NCBI GenBank assembly: GCA_001643675.2 | Contig: LSRY02000062.1 | Location: 62,001-126,000, forward strand | Reading direction: 5' to 3' | Source of the DNA: Monocercomonoides exilis PA203 | Lineage: Eukaryota; Protista; Preaxostyla | DNA: 64,000 nt | Shown here: positions 25,062-37,223 of the stretch, in pieces | Layout of the letters: every line of letters starts with the position of its first letter | How positions within the stretch are numbered: the stretch's first letter is position 1 | Notes under the pieces: generated by a model | Database searches by the model: none | Told to the model about the DNA's origin: nothing | What the model saw: only the letters and a program-made list of their open reading frames with translations | Translations under genes and position numbers: made by a program

Positions 25062-27101
25062 TCCCTGCTTTTTCTGCACGCCCCTCGGTTTCGGAGCCCA
25101 AACAAAGTTTGCTCAATAAATAGACCCATACAATATTGTTGGACAAAACGAAAAAAAAAAACGATTTTTCTTTTTTTCTTTTTTGTTTGAAAGATAATTC
25201 CACATAAATCAGTCTACTTGCGATGAGAAGTGGGTAGGAAAGAAGAAACGTATTTAGAAGCACCTGCTGCTTCAGCTGGTGAGAAAAGATGAATTTTGCG
25301 AAAGAATTGGGTTGTCTGACGATTGTTGTTGAATTGGAGTGGAAAATGAAATTTTGCAGAGAAAGGAAAAGGATGAGGTGTGATGGAAAATTGCTTTTCG
25401 AAAGGTTTTCATCAAGAGAAGAGCCTGCGAATGGATGATGATTCTTCTTTTTTTTTAATTGGCTGGAAAGACTTTGACAGTCGAACTTGCGAGAGGGTGC
25501 AAGGTCATTGAACGGAATATATGAGATGGACTTGCACTGCCCGTGGGGTTCATCTCCGCAGAGTTGTCGAAGCACAGATGTGGCGAATTCTTTCGCCTTC
25601 AGTCTTAGCTCCATCAACGATTCAACTTTGTGCAAAATCTTTCAATTGATGCAATATTCTTCCCTTGTCATCTCAAAACAGGTCTTTCCGCTGGATTTCT
25701 GGCTGCTACAGCTGGAACATTTGTTGGACTTGCTGAGAAATGTGAAGGAGGTGCTGGAGAGATGAGAAAAAGACAAGAAAAAAAGATTTCAGTTTCGTGT
25801 GTGTGGCGTTTGCAGAGGATAAGAAGGAAAAGACACTTATGGATTGTGAATATATTTGTGGGGGGTTGAGTTGGAGAAGGGTTGGGAAAGAAAACAAAAA
25901 GGAAAATGAGAGATAATTATTATCCTCTTTGATGCCAGCAACTTGACTGTTATCTTTCAACAATAACCACACCAGAGATGAAAAGAAGGGTGAGGAAATG
26001 GGAGCGAAGAAGATGGGAACGAGAACTGAAAAGAAAGAGTGGTGAGGAGCGAGCAAGGAATTGGAAAAAGGAGTTGGAGAAGAGGAAGAAGTGAAAGATG
26101 GAGGAAGGCGTGAAGCATCATTGTTTGCAGCATCTGCCTTCACGTTCTGTGAAATCTCTCTTTTCACAGGAATCTCTCACTTTCTTTGCTTTCTTCCAAT
26201 CATTGCTCTTCCACTTTCCCATCGACCACAGACCCAACAGAACAAATGGGATTTCTGTGTGGAGATTGGGATTCAGGAAAAGACGGAGCATTTGGAGCGA
26301 AGTTTCCCGCAAGCAGCACAAAAGATCTTCGCATGACATCAGGTGCTCCATTTGGCACATTTGCGAACTCTGTGGATTTGCAATTGGCATGGTCATTTTC
26401 TTGAGCAGAAAGAGACTCATTCCATATGCACACTGAAAGAGCAGTGAATGAGCAAATGCAAATACAATGAGAAGAAAGAGTCGTCCACCACATGTGGATG
26501 AGGCTGCAAGCTCTATGTTGTTGCAACGCAGAAAAGTGGGGATGAGCATGTGGAATGCGCAACACCTTTGGAATCATGCAAGTTGAAAAGTCAGATTCGT
26601 CAGTTGTGTTGGTGGAGAAAAAAGATTGCTTGAGTTTCGAGCATCTGCAACACAGGGGTGGAATGAGTTGAATGATGTGGTAAAGGAAGAATCGATTGTT
26701 TTGCCAACGAAACAGTATGTGAAAGTTTTGAAGTTGGTGATTGTTCTTCATTCTCACAATTCACAAAGAATAAACACTTTTCACGTTGTTCATTCAAAAC
26801 AATTGGAGTCATTTCAGTTTTAAAATATTTTTTTTTGAAAGATATTAAACATAAAATAAATAACAAAAAAATCAATTTCACTGAAAGAAAATTAGCCTTT
26901 CAGGAATAACCAATGATATTTCATTCATGATTGAAAGATTGAGATTTAAAAAGACAATATTTTCTGATAAAAACATATTTTCAATTTCTTTTTTGAAATG
27001 TGCTATCAACTTGTGTTGATTGACATTCCATTCAAAATTGAGAATTTGAAAATGTCATACCATAAGACATTTCTTCGAATCTCTTTTTTTGCAGTTTTTG
27101 G

Positions 27102-30100
27102 ATGTGTAGAGGGCTACTGAGCATTGTATGTGTGCTCATGCCCTTGTGCTATAACGCTATATGTGATGATGGAGCGGGCCATGCAGAAAGCATTCACACG
27201 GGGCGAGACGCGTGTTTTTCAAAAAACTTGTGCTGGTGTGCAACTCGAGGGTTGTGCGTTTGTAACTTTTGCATTTTCAGGCAGGGCTCGGCGGATGGCG
27301 CAAAGTCATGGATTCGACAGGCGGTCCTCTCGCAACGAGTGCTTCAAAAGGGTGTGTTATTCAACCTGCGCAACTCATCGATGGTGCTGAAAGGCCTGGC
27401 ACTGCACCGCACAGCACCAATCCAAATGATCGACGAAGATGCACGGTCGGCTCTTTTTGTGGAGGCATGCGCCCTGCAGGCAATTTCTTGCGTTCAGGGG
27501 CCATTTATATGTTCAGCTGGCACAGTGTGCTTGTCCAACATTTCAGCCACGCGGGCCAGCGGAGATGCAGGGCTCTTTTCTGGCATTGCCAGCGGAGCAT
27601 CGCTCATGGGATCGGTTTCGCTGTGCAACACGAACCTCGACTCGTTTTGCTTGGATTCAGAGCGAGAAGCATCGTTTGTGCTTCAGGGGTTTTTGGGGAC
27701 AGAGGCGCTGGAGCAGTGTGTGTTCAAAAACATCACACGAGGCGGCAGGCGCAGCGATGGGTCTCGGTGTTCTGCTGCTCGCTCTGAGCACTCGCGGATG
27801 GAGTCATGCTGTTATGAGGCAGTCGCATCAGCCGGATATGGGGTTTTGAGTGCAGAGTGGATGGCAGCGCGGACTGCACAGACGCTCAACTGCACGTTTT
27901 CCAAATGCCAGCGAGCAGCATCAGACGCTGTTTGCGATTGCACAGGCGAGGTGAAGGGTTGGGGCAGTCAGCTGCAGAGGAAGGCCAGTGAAGGAGGTGT
28001 GAAGGAGAGGCAGATAATCAGGGAGGCAAAAACAGTTGTGATTGAGGAGAGCGAGTTTGTGGAGATGAAGAGCGAGTCAACGCAAGCGGAGGCCGGGGGC
28101 GACGGGGAGAAAGTGAGCGGCGGGTGCATTTGTGTTGTGGGGAGTGCTTCGCTGAGTGTGAGAAAGTGCGTGTTTGCGAGATGCAGCGCGAGATGGATCG
28201 AAGGAGAACGGGCAGCTCCCATCTCTGGTGGAGATGCTGCTGCGCCACAGCCTTTGCATTCAGACCTCGGATCTTCCTCGGGTGCAGAGGGCGGGAGGGC
28301 AGCTGGCGGATGGGAGGGAGGGAGACTGGGCCATTCCTCTTCGCCGATCTTCGGAGGAGCTGTGTATTTTGGATCGAGCGGGCATCTTGCAGTGGAAAGC
28401 TGCCAGTTTGTGGAATGTGTGGCAGAGGATGCAGGCGGTGCGATTGGGATCGTTCTGATGCGCCCGTCTCCTTCTCATCGAATTGGGCTGGCGGGGTGTG
28501 TTTGCGAGAGTGTCAGTGATGAGGATGGGAATGATGGCAAAGGGGATGAAGCAGAATTGGCTCGTTTTCGTGTGTCGAACTGCACGTTTTATGGGTGCAG
28601 GGCGTGCTGCTCGGGAGGGGCTGTGTGGGTTGGGGATGGAGAGAAGGGCAGCTGTGTGAGGCTGCGGTTGGACGGGTGTGTGTTTGCTCGCTGCAGCTGT
28701 GGGTGCGCAAGTGGGGAGCAAGAAGGCGTTGGTGCAGACTCAAAGGCGCAGAGGACAAAAGCAGGGGGAGATGCAAAGCCAGAAGAAAAGTTCAGAGGGA
28801 ATTATTTTGGATGCGCAGTGAAGCAGCAGAAGAGCGTTGGGATTGAATTCAGCAACATCACTGCTTATGAATGTGCAAATGGTATTCTTTGCTTGTTTTT
28901 CGCACAATTGTGCTTTTAATTATTTGCTTTGGAAAAATATATCTATTTTGTGTATAAACTCACACGGATGCTGCTGTTGGCCTGTCTGCTGGGCTTGTTT
29001 TATCAGGATGCTCGTTTGCTGTCTCATGTGCCGAATGCGAGTTGCTGAATGTGTCGTTTGGCTCTTTTCGCCACATGCCGATCACGCCCAAGCCATCAGA
29101 GCTGTTTGGCCGTGAGGTTGAGAAGCTTTTTGACGAGCCGAGCATTCGAGGAGGCTGTGCTGCTTGGTGGGAGGGAGCAGCAGGATTGCTGTCTATGCAG
29201 AGCAGCAGCAGCAGCGAGGCATTGCGGAGTGGAGGTGGCAGCCAGGCGAGCCTTTCGGGGGCAGCTGCTGAGCGGAACAGCTCAGTGCATTCTTTTGTGT
29301 GTGTGGATGCATCTGTCGGGCACCTGGTGTTTTGGATGAGCGACTCGCTGATTTATGGGGAGAAGAAGAAAGGGAAGGAAGGGGGGAATGTGGATGGTTG
29401 GGAGAGCGAGTGGGGAAATGGAGGAGAATGGGAGATAGAAAGCAGAGAGGAAGAATGGTGGACCATGCGAAGCGAGGGGGATGGGAGCAGAACGGGAAGA
29501 GAGAATGCTGGATTGGGTGTGGCTGCAGGGCAGCAGAAAGGGGAGCAAGTGCATCCGCGGGCAATCAAAATTGTGTATCCCAGGCAGCAGCAGACTGAGA
29601 TTGTGTTCAGAAACACGAACTTCACATCGGTGGTGAGCCGAAGCAACCAGACGCTGGTTGAGGTTGTGCCTCAGCCACTGCACAAGGCCCAGCCGAAGGG
29701 CGATGGCAGGGCAGGCAGCGCGAATGATCTGCTGACACAAAATTCTGTGTGCCCAGGAGCTTTTCATTGGGAAGGTGCCGAGTTGCAACACAAGGGCGAG
29801 AGCAAGGGAGATGGCGAGGATGAAGAATGTGCAGATGCAGAGTTAAGAGGTGCTCCATCTGCCTTCATCAGTGTGCATGAGGCAGGGCAAAGCAGCTCAG
29901 GAGGCAGGAAAAGCAAGTTTGGTGTGGTGTTTGACTCGGTCCGCTTCACCAATTGCACGAACCCGCAGACGTCGATGGTTGTGGTGGATGGGTTGGGCGG
30001 GGTGCCTTTGGGCGGCAGGAGCGAGGCGGAGGGGAATGCCATTCCAGCTGGCACGAGGAGTGGGGAGAGAGATGAGTGCTGCTCTCGGGAAAGCGAAGCA

Positions 30101-33100
30101 GAATGGGCAGAAGGCCATTTGGAGCACAGGGGAAAGAGGAGAGAGCGGAACAGCGCTGTCAACGTGGCTGTTGCCTTTGAGAACTGCCTGATCGAGCAAT
30201 GCGAGTGTCTGCTATTTTCCTTCTTTGTTTTTTTTATTTCATAATTTTTTTTTTGACAACAACATTATTTCGTTGCTTCTGTTTGCTGTTGCTGCTGGGA
30301 TGGGATGGGCAGGCGCGTATGTGCTGCCTTCGAATGGCTCGTTCTTGAGGCTGCTGAACTGCAAGGCGGACATCCGCAATGGAACCTTTGTGAACTCTGT
30401 CGGGTGCCTTTTGTGCACATCGCTGGTGTGACTTGTTTTGTTGCTGCGAGTTGCCTTTTTGAAGTGCTCCGAAATATTTCCTCTCTCATCTTGCTCTGCT
30501 TTCATTTATTTTTATTATTTTTGTTTTTCTGGTTGTTCGGGGGCGGGGTGTGCTGCACAGTGCACAGCCACAATCAGCGAGTCGACGATTCGGCGGATCA
30601 AGTCGCACAACCATCCGCTGCTTGTCTGCAGCCAGTCACTCCTCAATGTGCGCAAGACCAACCTGAGCGATGCAAGTCTGCAACACATCTGCAATCTATC
30701 TGCAACATATCTATTTATTTGTTCATTCTTTTTTTTTCTTTTAATATGAATAAAACGGCTTGTGTGACATTATGCTTTGTTGGAAATGAATGCGAATGGC
30801 TGCGCTGGTTGTTATGTTTTGTTTTTGTGTGCTTGGCGTGTGGGATGGGGCTGTGAATGGAAACGGCAGACATGCGGAACTGCTCGCTGATCTATCTGTT
30901 TGAGACGGACCTGGGGATGGAGGGTGTGTCGGTGTGGAACAACACAGTGTTTTTCCCGTTCTCGTTCATTGCGCTGTCGCCGCACTTGCCCCGCCTTCCG
31001 CGCCGTGGAGGCAGATTGCGAGAGGGCTGGTCAGCGAGTGCGTCTGACAAGACAGGGGAAACAATAGAGAATGGAGATAATGGGGAGAATGGAGAAAGAG
31101 ATCAGGCAATGCTGTCGAAGATTGTGATTGAATCGTCGACGCTGAGGATTGCAGACTTCTGCCGGAGCGAGCTGAGCAATGCAGGTGGGGCGGGCAGGGC
31201 AGGCAGGGCAGTGGCATCGGCGCAGCACAACGCAAACTACTCGTCTCTTTCGCTGCTCAGCACAGAGTGTCCAGCGAGCATCAGGATTGCGAACACGTCG
31301 GTGGGAGTTGGGCAGTGCTGGACACCGCACAGCTCGGCGACGGGGCTTGTTTCTGTGCGAAATGCGGGAGAGGTGCGGGTGGTGGATGTGAGTGTTGTGT
31401 ATGAGAAGAAGAAGGACAGGCAGGGCGACTTGGCGTGGTGTGGAGAGGAGAATGGGAGAGAAGGGGAAAGAGAGCAGGATGAATCTGGCTGGCAGGCAGG
31501 GCACTCTGGATGGGGTGGAAGGAATGCGCTTGGAGGCAGGGCAGGTGCAGAAGAAGGCAAATACAACGAGGACGGTAATGATGAGGATGATGAGGATGAG
31601 GATGAGGAGGACTTTGACGAAGGGCCGTTTGGGCTTCTGTTGAACATCAGTGCATCGAAAAGGGTGGAGTTGAAGAACGTGACGATAAAGGACTTCAAGA
31701 CAATCGGAATATGTTTGCGAGAGAAAAACAAGAGAAGAGAATTTTTGCCTGTGAGAATTGTCATTTCTCTTTTGTTTTTTAATTATTTCTTAATTCCTTT
31801 ATTTATTTATTCCTTTTTTATTTGTTTATTTTCCTGATTGCTATTTGTGCCAATGCCCACCAGCAATGCTTTCGTTCCGAGATGTTGGAGAGCTGAGGCT
31901 GGAGGAGGTGAGGATGGATTCTGTGCTGTTTGGGTATTACATGGGGACAAACAGCGAAGGGTGTGATGGCTGCACCTCAACATCAACTGACTCATCTGGC
32001 TCATCTGACTCGCCTTCTCAGCAGCAGAAGCAGCGTTTGGGAGGCAGGAGGCGGCTGTCGACGCCTTTATCGCCGATTCCGTCGCTGTCGGGAATTGAGA
32101 GCTCGCTTCTGTTTGTGCTTCGGGCGAGGCAGGTGGCGGTGGAGAAGTGCTCGTTTGTGGGGTGTGTGGCGAAGCGGGGGGCGTATGCGTCGGCAGCTGT
32201 TCTGAGTGAGTGCAGGGGCTGCGTGGTGGAAGGGTGTGTGTTCAACGGGAGCGAGCTGAGGCAGGGGAGCGTGCTTGTGATCCACCAGGCCTTGGAGACA
32301 GCGAATGGTGTGCCCTTCTCGCTTCTGGACATTTTTGGATGTTTCAATAAATCAATTTCTTTTTTTATTTTTGTGATGAAGTGAGTGAGTGTGTGTTTGT
32401 GGGGAACAGCGGGGCAAAAGGGATCTGTGTGAGCTGCATCGACTCGCAGGCGGTGCTTTCGGGGTGTGTTGTGTGCAACAACGGAGGGGCGCACCGACTG
32501 AACATGAACACGTCGGCGGTGCAAGCGCCACTTTTTGTGCTGAGTGCGACAGAAATCAGCACAGCCGCATCGGTGATCCAGACAGCAGTGCTGATGAAGC
32601 CAGAGGGCAGGCAGAGCAGAATGAGCAGAATGAACAGAATGAATGAGATGGGTGGAGTGGGTGGAGGAGAGGAAAGGGAGGAGGCATCATCAGCAGGGAA
32701 GCCACACCAGGCAGCTGAGAGGCAGCCCTTCACAGTTGTGGTGCGCAACACGGTGATTGCACACAACAACGCCACAGCCATCCACACAGACCATGGGCAC
32801 CGGATTGTGGTTGAGGGGTCGCTTCTGGCAGGGAACAACCCGTTCCGGATGGCGCTTCCGGCACACCGGGCGAATGTGCTGTGCGAGGGGGCGAGCGCTG
32901 TGGAGGCGAGGCAGACGCATCTGGTGGACGGGGGAGACGAGTACGTGGAATGGCCGGTGGAGCAGGCGAAGGCGGTGGCTGAGAGGCTGAAGGGAGGCAG
33001 CAGCTGGAGTGCGAACAGCCTGGGGGCGATGATGGGAAGAAACGCCAGGGGAAAAGGAAAAGGAGAAAGAGAAAGAGAAAGGGAAAAGGACGAGTGGAAT

Positions 33101-36100
33101 GCAGCGTGGATGAACGGGAAGCGGTGCATGTTTTCGTTTCATCAGCCTCCACGAAACATCACATCCACATCTTCCCCTTCTCGGCTGCCTCTGAACAGGC
33201 AGGAAGGGCTGGCAGACACTGGGCATTCGGGTGAGGCAGCAGGGGTGCCTTTGCCGCTGTCTCTGCAGGCGCCGCCTCTGCTGCCCACGCCAGTGATTGT
33301 GTCGTCGAACACAACACGGCTCACACAGGGGGTGAATGCACCACCGGTGAACCTGAGTGTGGAGCGGGTATATCCGTTCGACATCCACTGCCGGGTGGAG
33401 CGGCAGAATGCGGCAGCGGTGGTGCGGCCAGCGCTTATGGCGGGGTGCAAGTGGGTGGTGTGTGGGCTGGGAGACCTGTATCTGACAGAGAAGGGCGGGC
33501 TGAGGGTGTCTGTGGCATCGGGGGTGGCGATGAAGCAGAGTTCAGAGGCAAAGGGAGAGGGAGAGGCAGAAGAGGGCAGAGGAGGGCAGGAGGAGGGTTA
33601 TGGGGAAGGGCTGTTTTCGCAGGCACATGTGATTGAGGTGAAGGGGGTGGTGGGGTGGTGGGTCAGGAGACCCGACCTCTTCTTCGTCGGTGCCATCTTC
33701 GGGGGAAGGGGCAGGGGAAGGGGAGGGAGAGGGCGAGCGGGCAGTGAAGGAGGCAGAGGAGCGTGTTCGGATGTATCACGTGCACAACATTGTGAGGGTG
33801 CTGGCGATCGACGGGGCAGTGTTTGCAGGGGTGTGTGTGGTGTCGGGGGCTGTGCTGTGCGGGCTGGAGGGGTGGGTGAGGCGGCGGAAGAGGGCGCGGG
33901 AGAGGAGGATGAAGGAGTGGATGGAAAAGCTGAGCGAGTGGAGGCAAAGAGACGAAGAGGAGGAAGGGGAGGAAGGGAGGGAAGGAGAGATTGGTGGGAG
34001 CAGGGGAGGGGAGTTTGATGAGCTTGGTTCAGAAAGGAGGGGATGCTGCTTTTGCTGCTTTGGGTGTGTGGATGCTGACGAGGACGAGCGCAGCCTGTTT
34101 GAGGATGGGGACAGCGCAGCTGAGAGAGGAGAGGGGAGTGAGAGAGGAGCAGGTGGCAGGGCTGGTGGAGAAAGAGGAGGAGGAGAAAGAGGAAGAGGAG
34201 GATGGAAGTGCAGATGCTGTGGGGTTGGAGGAAGAGGGAGAGGGAGAGGGAGAATGAATGGGAAAGGAGGGAAGCAGGGGAGCAGGGAGTATGAGATGCT
34301 GGACGAGGACGAAGACTACATTCGGCTTTTGGCAAAAGAGTTTTCGATATCTCCTCCACCTCCATCTGATGTGCCTTATTCTTCCTCCTCCTCGACCAGT
34401 GATGCTTATTCATCGGTTCAGACACCAGAGGCACAACAGCAATCTTGTGGAGACTTCTGTTCGTCAAGAGCTGAGGAGAAAAGCGAAGGGGATGGAGGGG
34501 AAGGGGGAGGGGAAAGGGAAGTGGAGTTTGAGAGGCACCTGATGGAAGAAGCATCAGAGCTTGCAGGAGGAGGAGAGGGTGGGAGAGAGGGTGGGAGAGA
34601 GGGCGAGGCAGGGGAGAAAGCGCAGAAGAGTGCACCTCAAGTGATTGTGGAAGAAGAGGCAGACGATGATGCTGATGCAGGAGGCGAGGAAGGGGAGGAA
34701 GGGGAGGAAGGGGAGGAAGGGGAGGAAGGGGAGGAAGATGTGGTTGATGAGATGGATGATGACTTTGAGGATGCTGGGGGAAATGATGGGGAAGAGGAGG
34801 AGGCAGGTGGGGGAAGGGGTGGGAGAAGGCGGGGGCAGACGCGGAGGAGGAGGAAAGCAGGCGGGGTGCTGAGCTCGTTTGCAGCGTCGAAGAGTTGGAG
34901 GAAGTTCATGCCGATTGAGAGGAGCAGGAGATCAGAGTGTGTCTGTGTGGAGGTGGAGGTGGAGGTGGAGGTGGAAATGGCTGAATCTCCGCAGAATGCA
35001 AATGATGAGGAAGAGGAAGGAGGATTGGGTGAAGTGTCAAATCACACAGTGTGCAGCGTGAGGGAGCTGCGTGTTGCAGCAGAGGTGGTGCCGTTGGTGC
35101 GGGAGGATGTGTGGGAGTTGGTGGATGGGGTGTGCTCGGTGCTTCTGAAGGCGCCTTCGCCGGGGGCTGTGTCTGACAGCGGGGTTGCTGTTCTGTCGTG
35201 GAAGCAGATTGGGCAGCAGCAGCGAAGGGGTGTGTGTGGAAGAGCAGCTGTGAACTGTGTGGTGTCGGTCAGGACAGAGTGGCAGGGGGAGGCAGTTGTG
35301 GTGCGGGTGCTTCCTGCCCTGGAGCAATGGATTGTCGAGCGCAGAAAAGGCAGAGATGGCTGCATGCTGCACAACAGCAAAGGTGATGACACATCAGGAG
35401 GACAAGAAATGGAGAAAGAGAAGGAGAAGGACAAGAAGGGTGGTGGTGAAAAGGAAGCAGGAAGTGCTGAGGGGACAATCAGCGCGAAGTGGAAGGTCGT
35501 TCCGGAGGGTGTGCTTCCAGTTGTGGAGACGATGCTCGAGCAGATTGGCACATTGCTGGCGATCGAGAAGCTTTGCAGGGATGCCCAGCACGACCTGCCA
35601 ACAGAGTCGTTTTCTCCATCTGGCGCTTCAGACACAGCCTCCTCGGTGTCAGTGCAGATGCCAGCACAGCAGCTGCGCCCTGAGTGGCTGCCGGTGTTTG
35701 TGCCGCTTGTGGGGGTGAGTGTATGTCCGCCAGCAGTTGTGTTCTCGCACAGCCGGCTGCCTTCGCTGCGGGAGTATCTTCAGTCGTGCAGCAGGCCACT
35801 CAGCTGGAGCGGAGTGCTTTCGGTTGCCGTTTCGGTGGGGCGGCTGCTGCTGCGGATCCATCGGGCTGGGAGGGAGCTGTTTGCACAGCGGTCGGCAGCA
35901 GACATTGTGGATGCTGTGGCAGTTGGGCGGAGGCGGAGGGCAGAGCGGGAGAAGAGGGCGAGGAAGGCGAGGGAGGAGAAGGAGGAGAAGGAAAAGAGAG
36001 AAGAACGCCAAATGAATGGAAGTGGAAGTGAAGAAAAGAAAGAAGAGGAGGAGGAGGAGGATGATGATGATGATGAGCTTGTGCCAGAAGACGAGCTGGA

Positions 36101-36938
36101 GTCGTTTGTGCGGGAGAGGGGAGACGGGTCAGAAAAGTGCACGCACTTCCGCATCAGCAAGCTGGAGGTGCGGAGCCAGTTTGCGCTTCGGCGGATAAAG
36201 TCGACAAACATCTTTCTCGATCCATCAGAGCTGAGTCTGCTGCCATCTTCTTCCTCCTCTTCTTCTACTTCTTCCTCTTCCTCATCTTCCTCGTCATCTT
36301 CCTCTGCCATCTGCGGAGTGCCTGTCCAGCTGGGCGACTGCTGCACAGAGCTGTTCCATCCGGGGCTGCGGGTGCCGAACTCGTTCAGCGGGCTTTGCTC
36401 GTTCAGCAGGGCGTCTGCGCTGGCAGGGCAGTGCAAGTACGAGCCATCTGCAGCCGATGCGCCGGAGGTGATGGCACACGGGGCATACTCTGAGAAGTCG
36501 GATGTCTACAGGTGTGCATTTTGGTTGCATTTTGTTGAGTGAAATTATTTTTCTTTTTTGTTTGTGTTTGTCTTGTGGATGGCGCCAGCTTTGGAGTGGT
36601 GCTGTGGGAGCTGCTGACGCGGAGAGCGCCATTCGAAGGGGTTGCAAAGGAGGACCTGCGGGCTGTTGTGGCAGAGGGGCTGCACCGGCCGGGGTTTGAG
36701 GGGATGAGCGAGTGCCCCGCTGTGTTCACGCAGCTGATAGACGAGTGCTGGTCGGTGTGTTGGAAGCTCATTTATTTTTAATTTTTTTTTTATTCTCTCT
36801 CTCTTTTCCCTCTTTATTCGCATATATTAATCTGGTGTCTGTGTGATTTGCCTTTTGCTGAACAAACAGTCTGACGTGCATGTGCGTCCGAGTTTTGAGG
36901 CGATTGTGGAGAAGCTGGAGGCAATGGTGTTTCTGTGA
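27102..36938 (+). CDS. Multi-exon receptor-like TKL pseudokinase: signal peptide, Cys-rich right-handed beta-helix ectodomain (GGAV/GGAI...FxxC), TM segment, kinase-like C-terminus
   Basis: Intron 28882-29006 joins ORFs in frame. Introns 36512-36588 and 36755-36869 yield [33 protein letters not shown]...DECWSSDVHVRPSFEAIVEKLEAMVFL*. TM-like VLAIDGAVFAGVCVVSGAVLCGL is followed by RRRKR. One homopolymer frameshift near 33645. Confidence 0.82.
34686..34737 (+). repeat. (GAGGAAGGG)5+ coding minisatellite encoding EEG repeats (mirror ~4131-4180)
   Basis: Direct reading. Confidence 0.9.
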
Positions 36939-37223
36939 GGGTGTGTGGTGGCTTTCTTGCTGTGTATTTTTGAGAACACAAGGCTTTGTGAAAGGAACCT
37001 TGGCTGTGCTGTTGCGTGGATGTGGGGCTGAAGACAAAGCAAAGAATTGGCGATTTTTTTGTTTTTGTGTTTTGTTCAGTGCTTTCTGTTTTTCTGTTCT
37101 TTTCCGCTTTTCCGTTTGTTGTTTTCGAGATAATAATTCTTTTTGTAAAAAAGAAAGAAAAACAAAGGAAAAAAATTGCATTTCCATTTCTATCCTTCAT
37201 ATCTACAGATTGTTTATTTTGCT

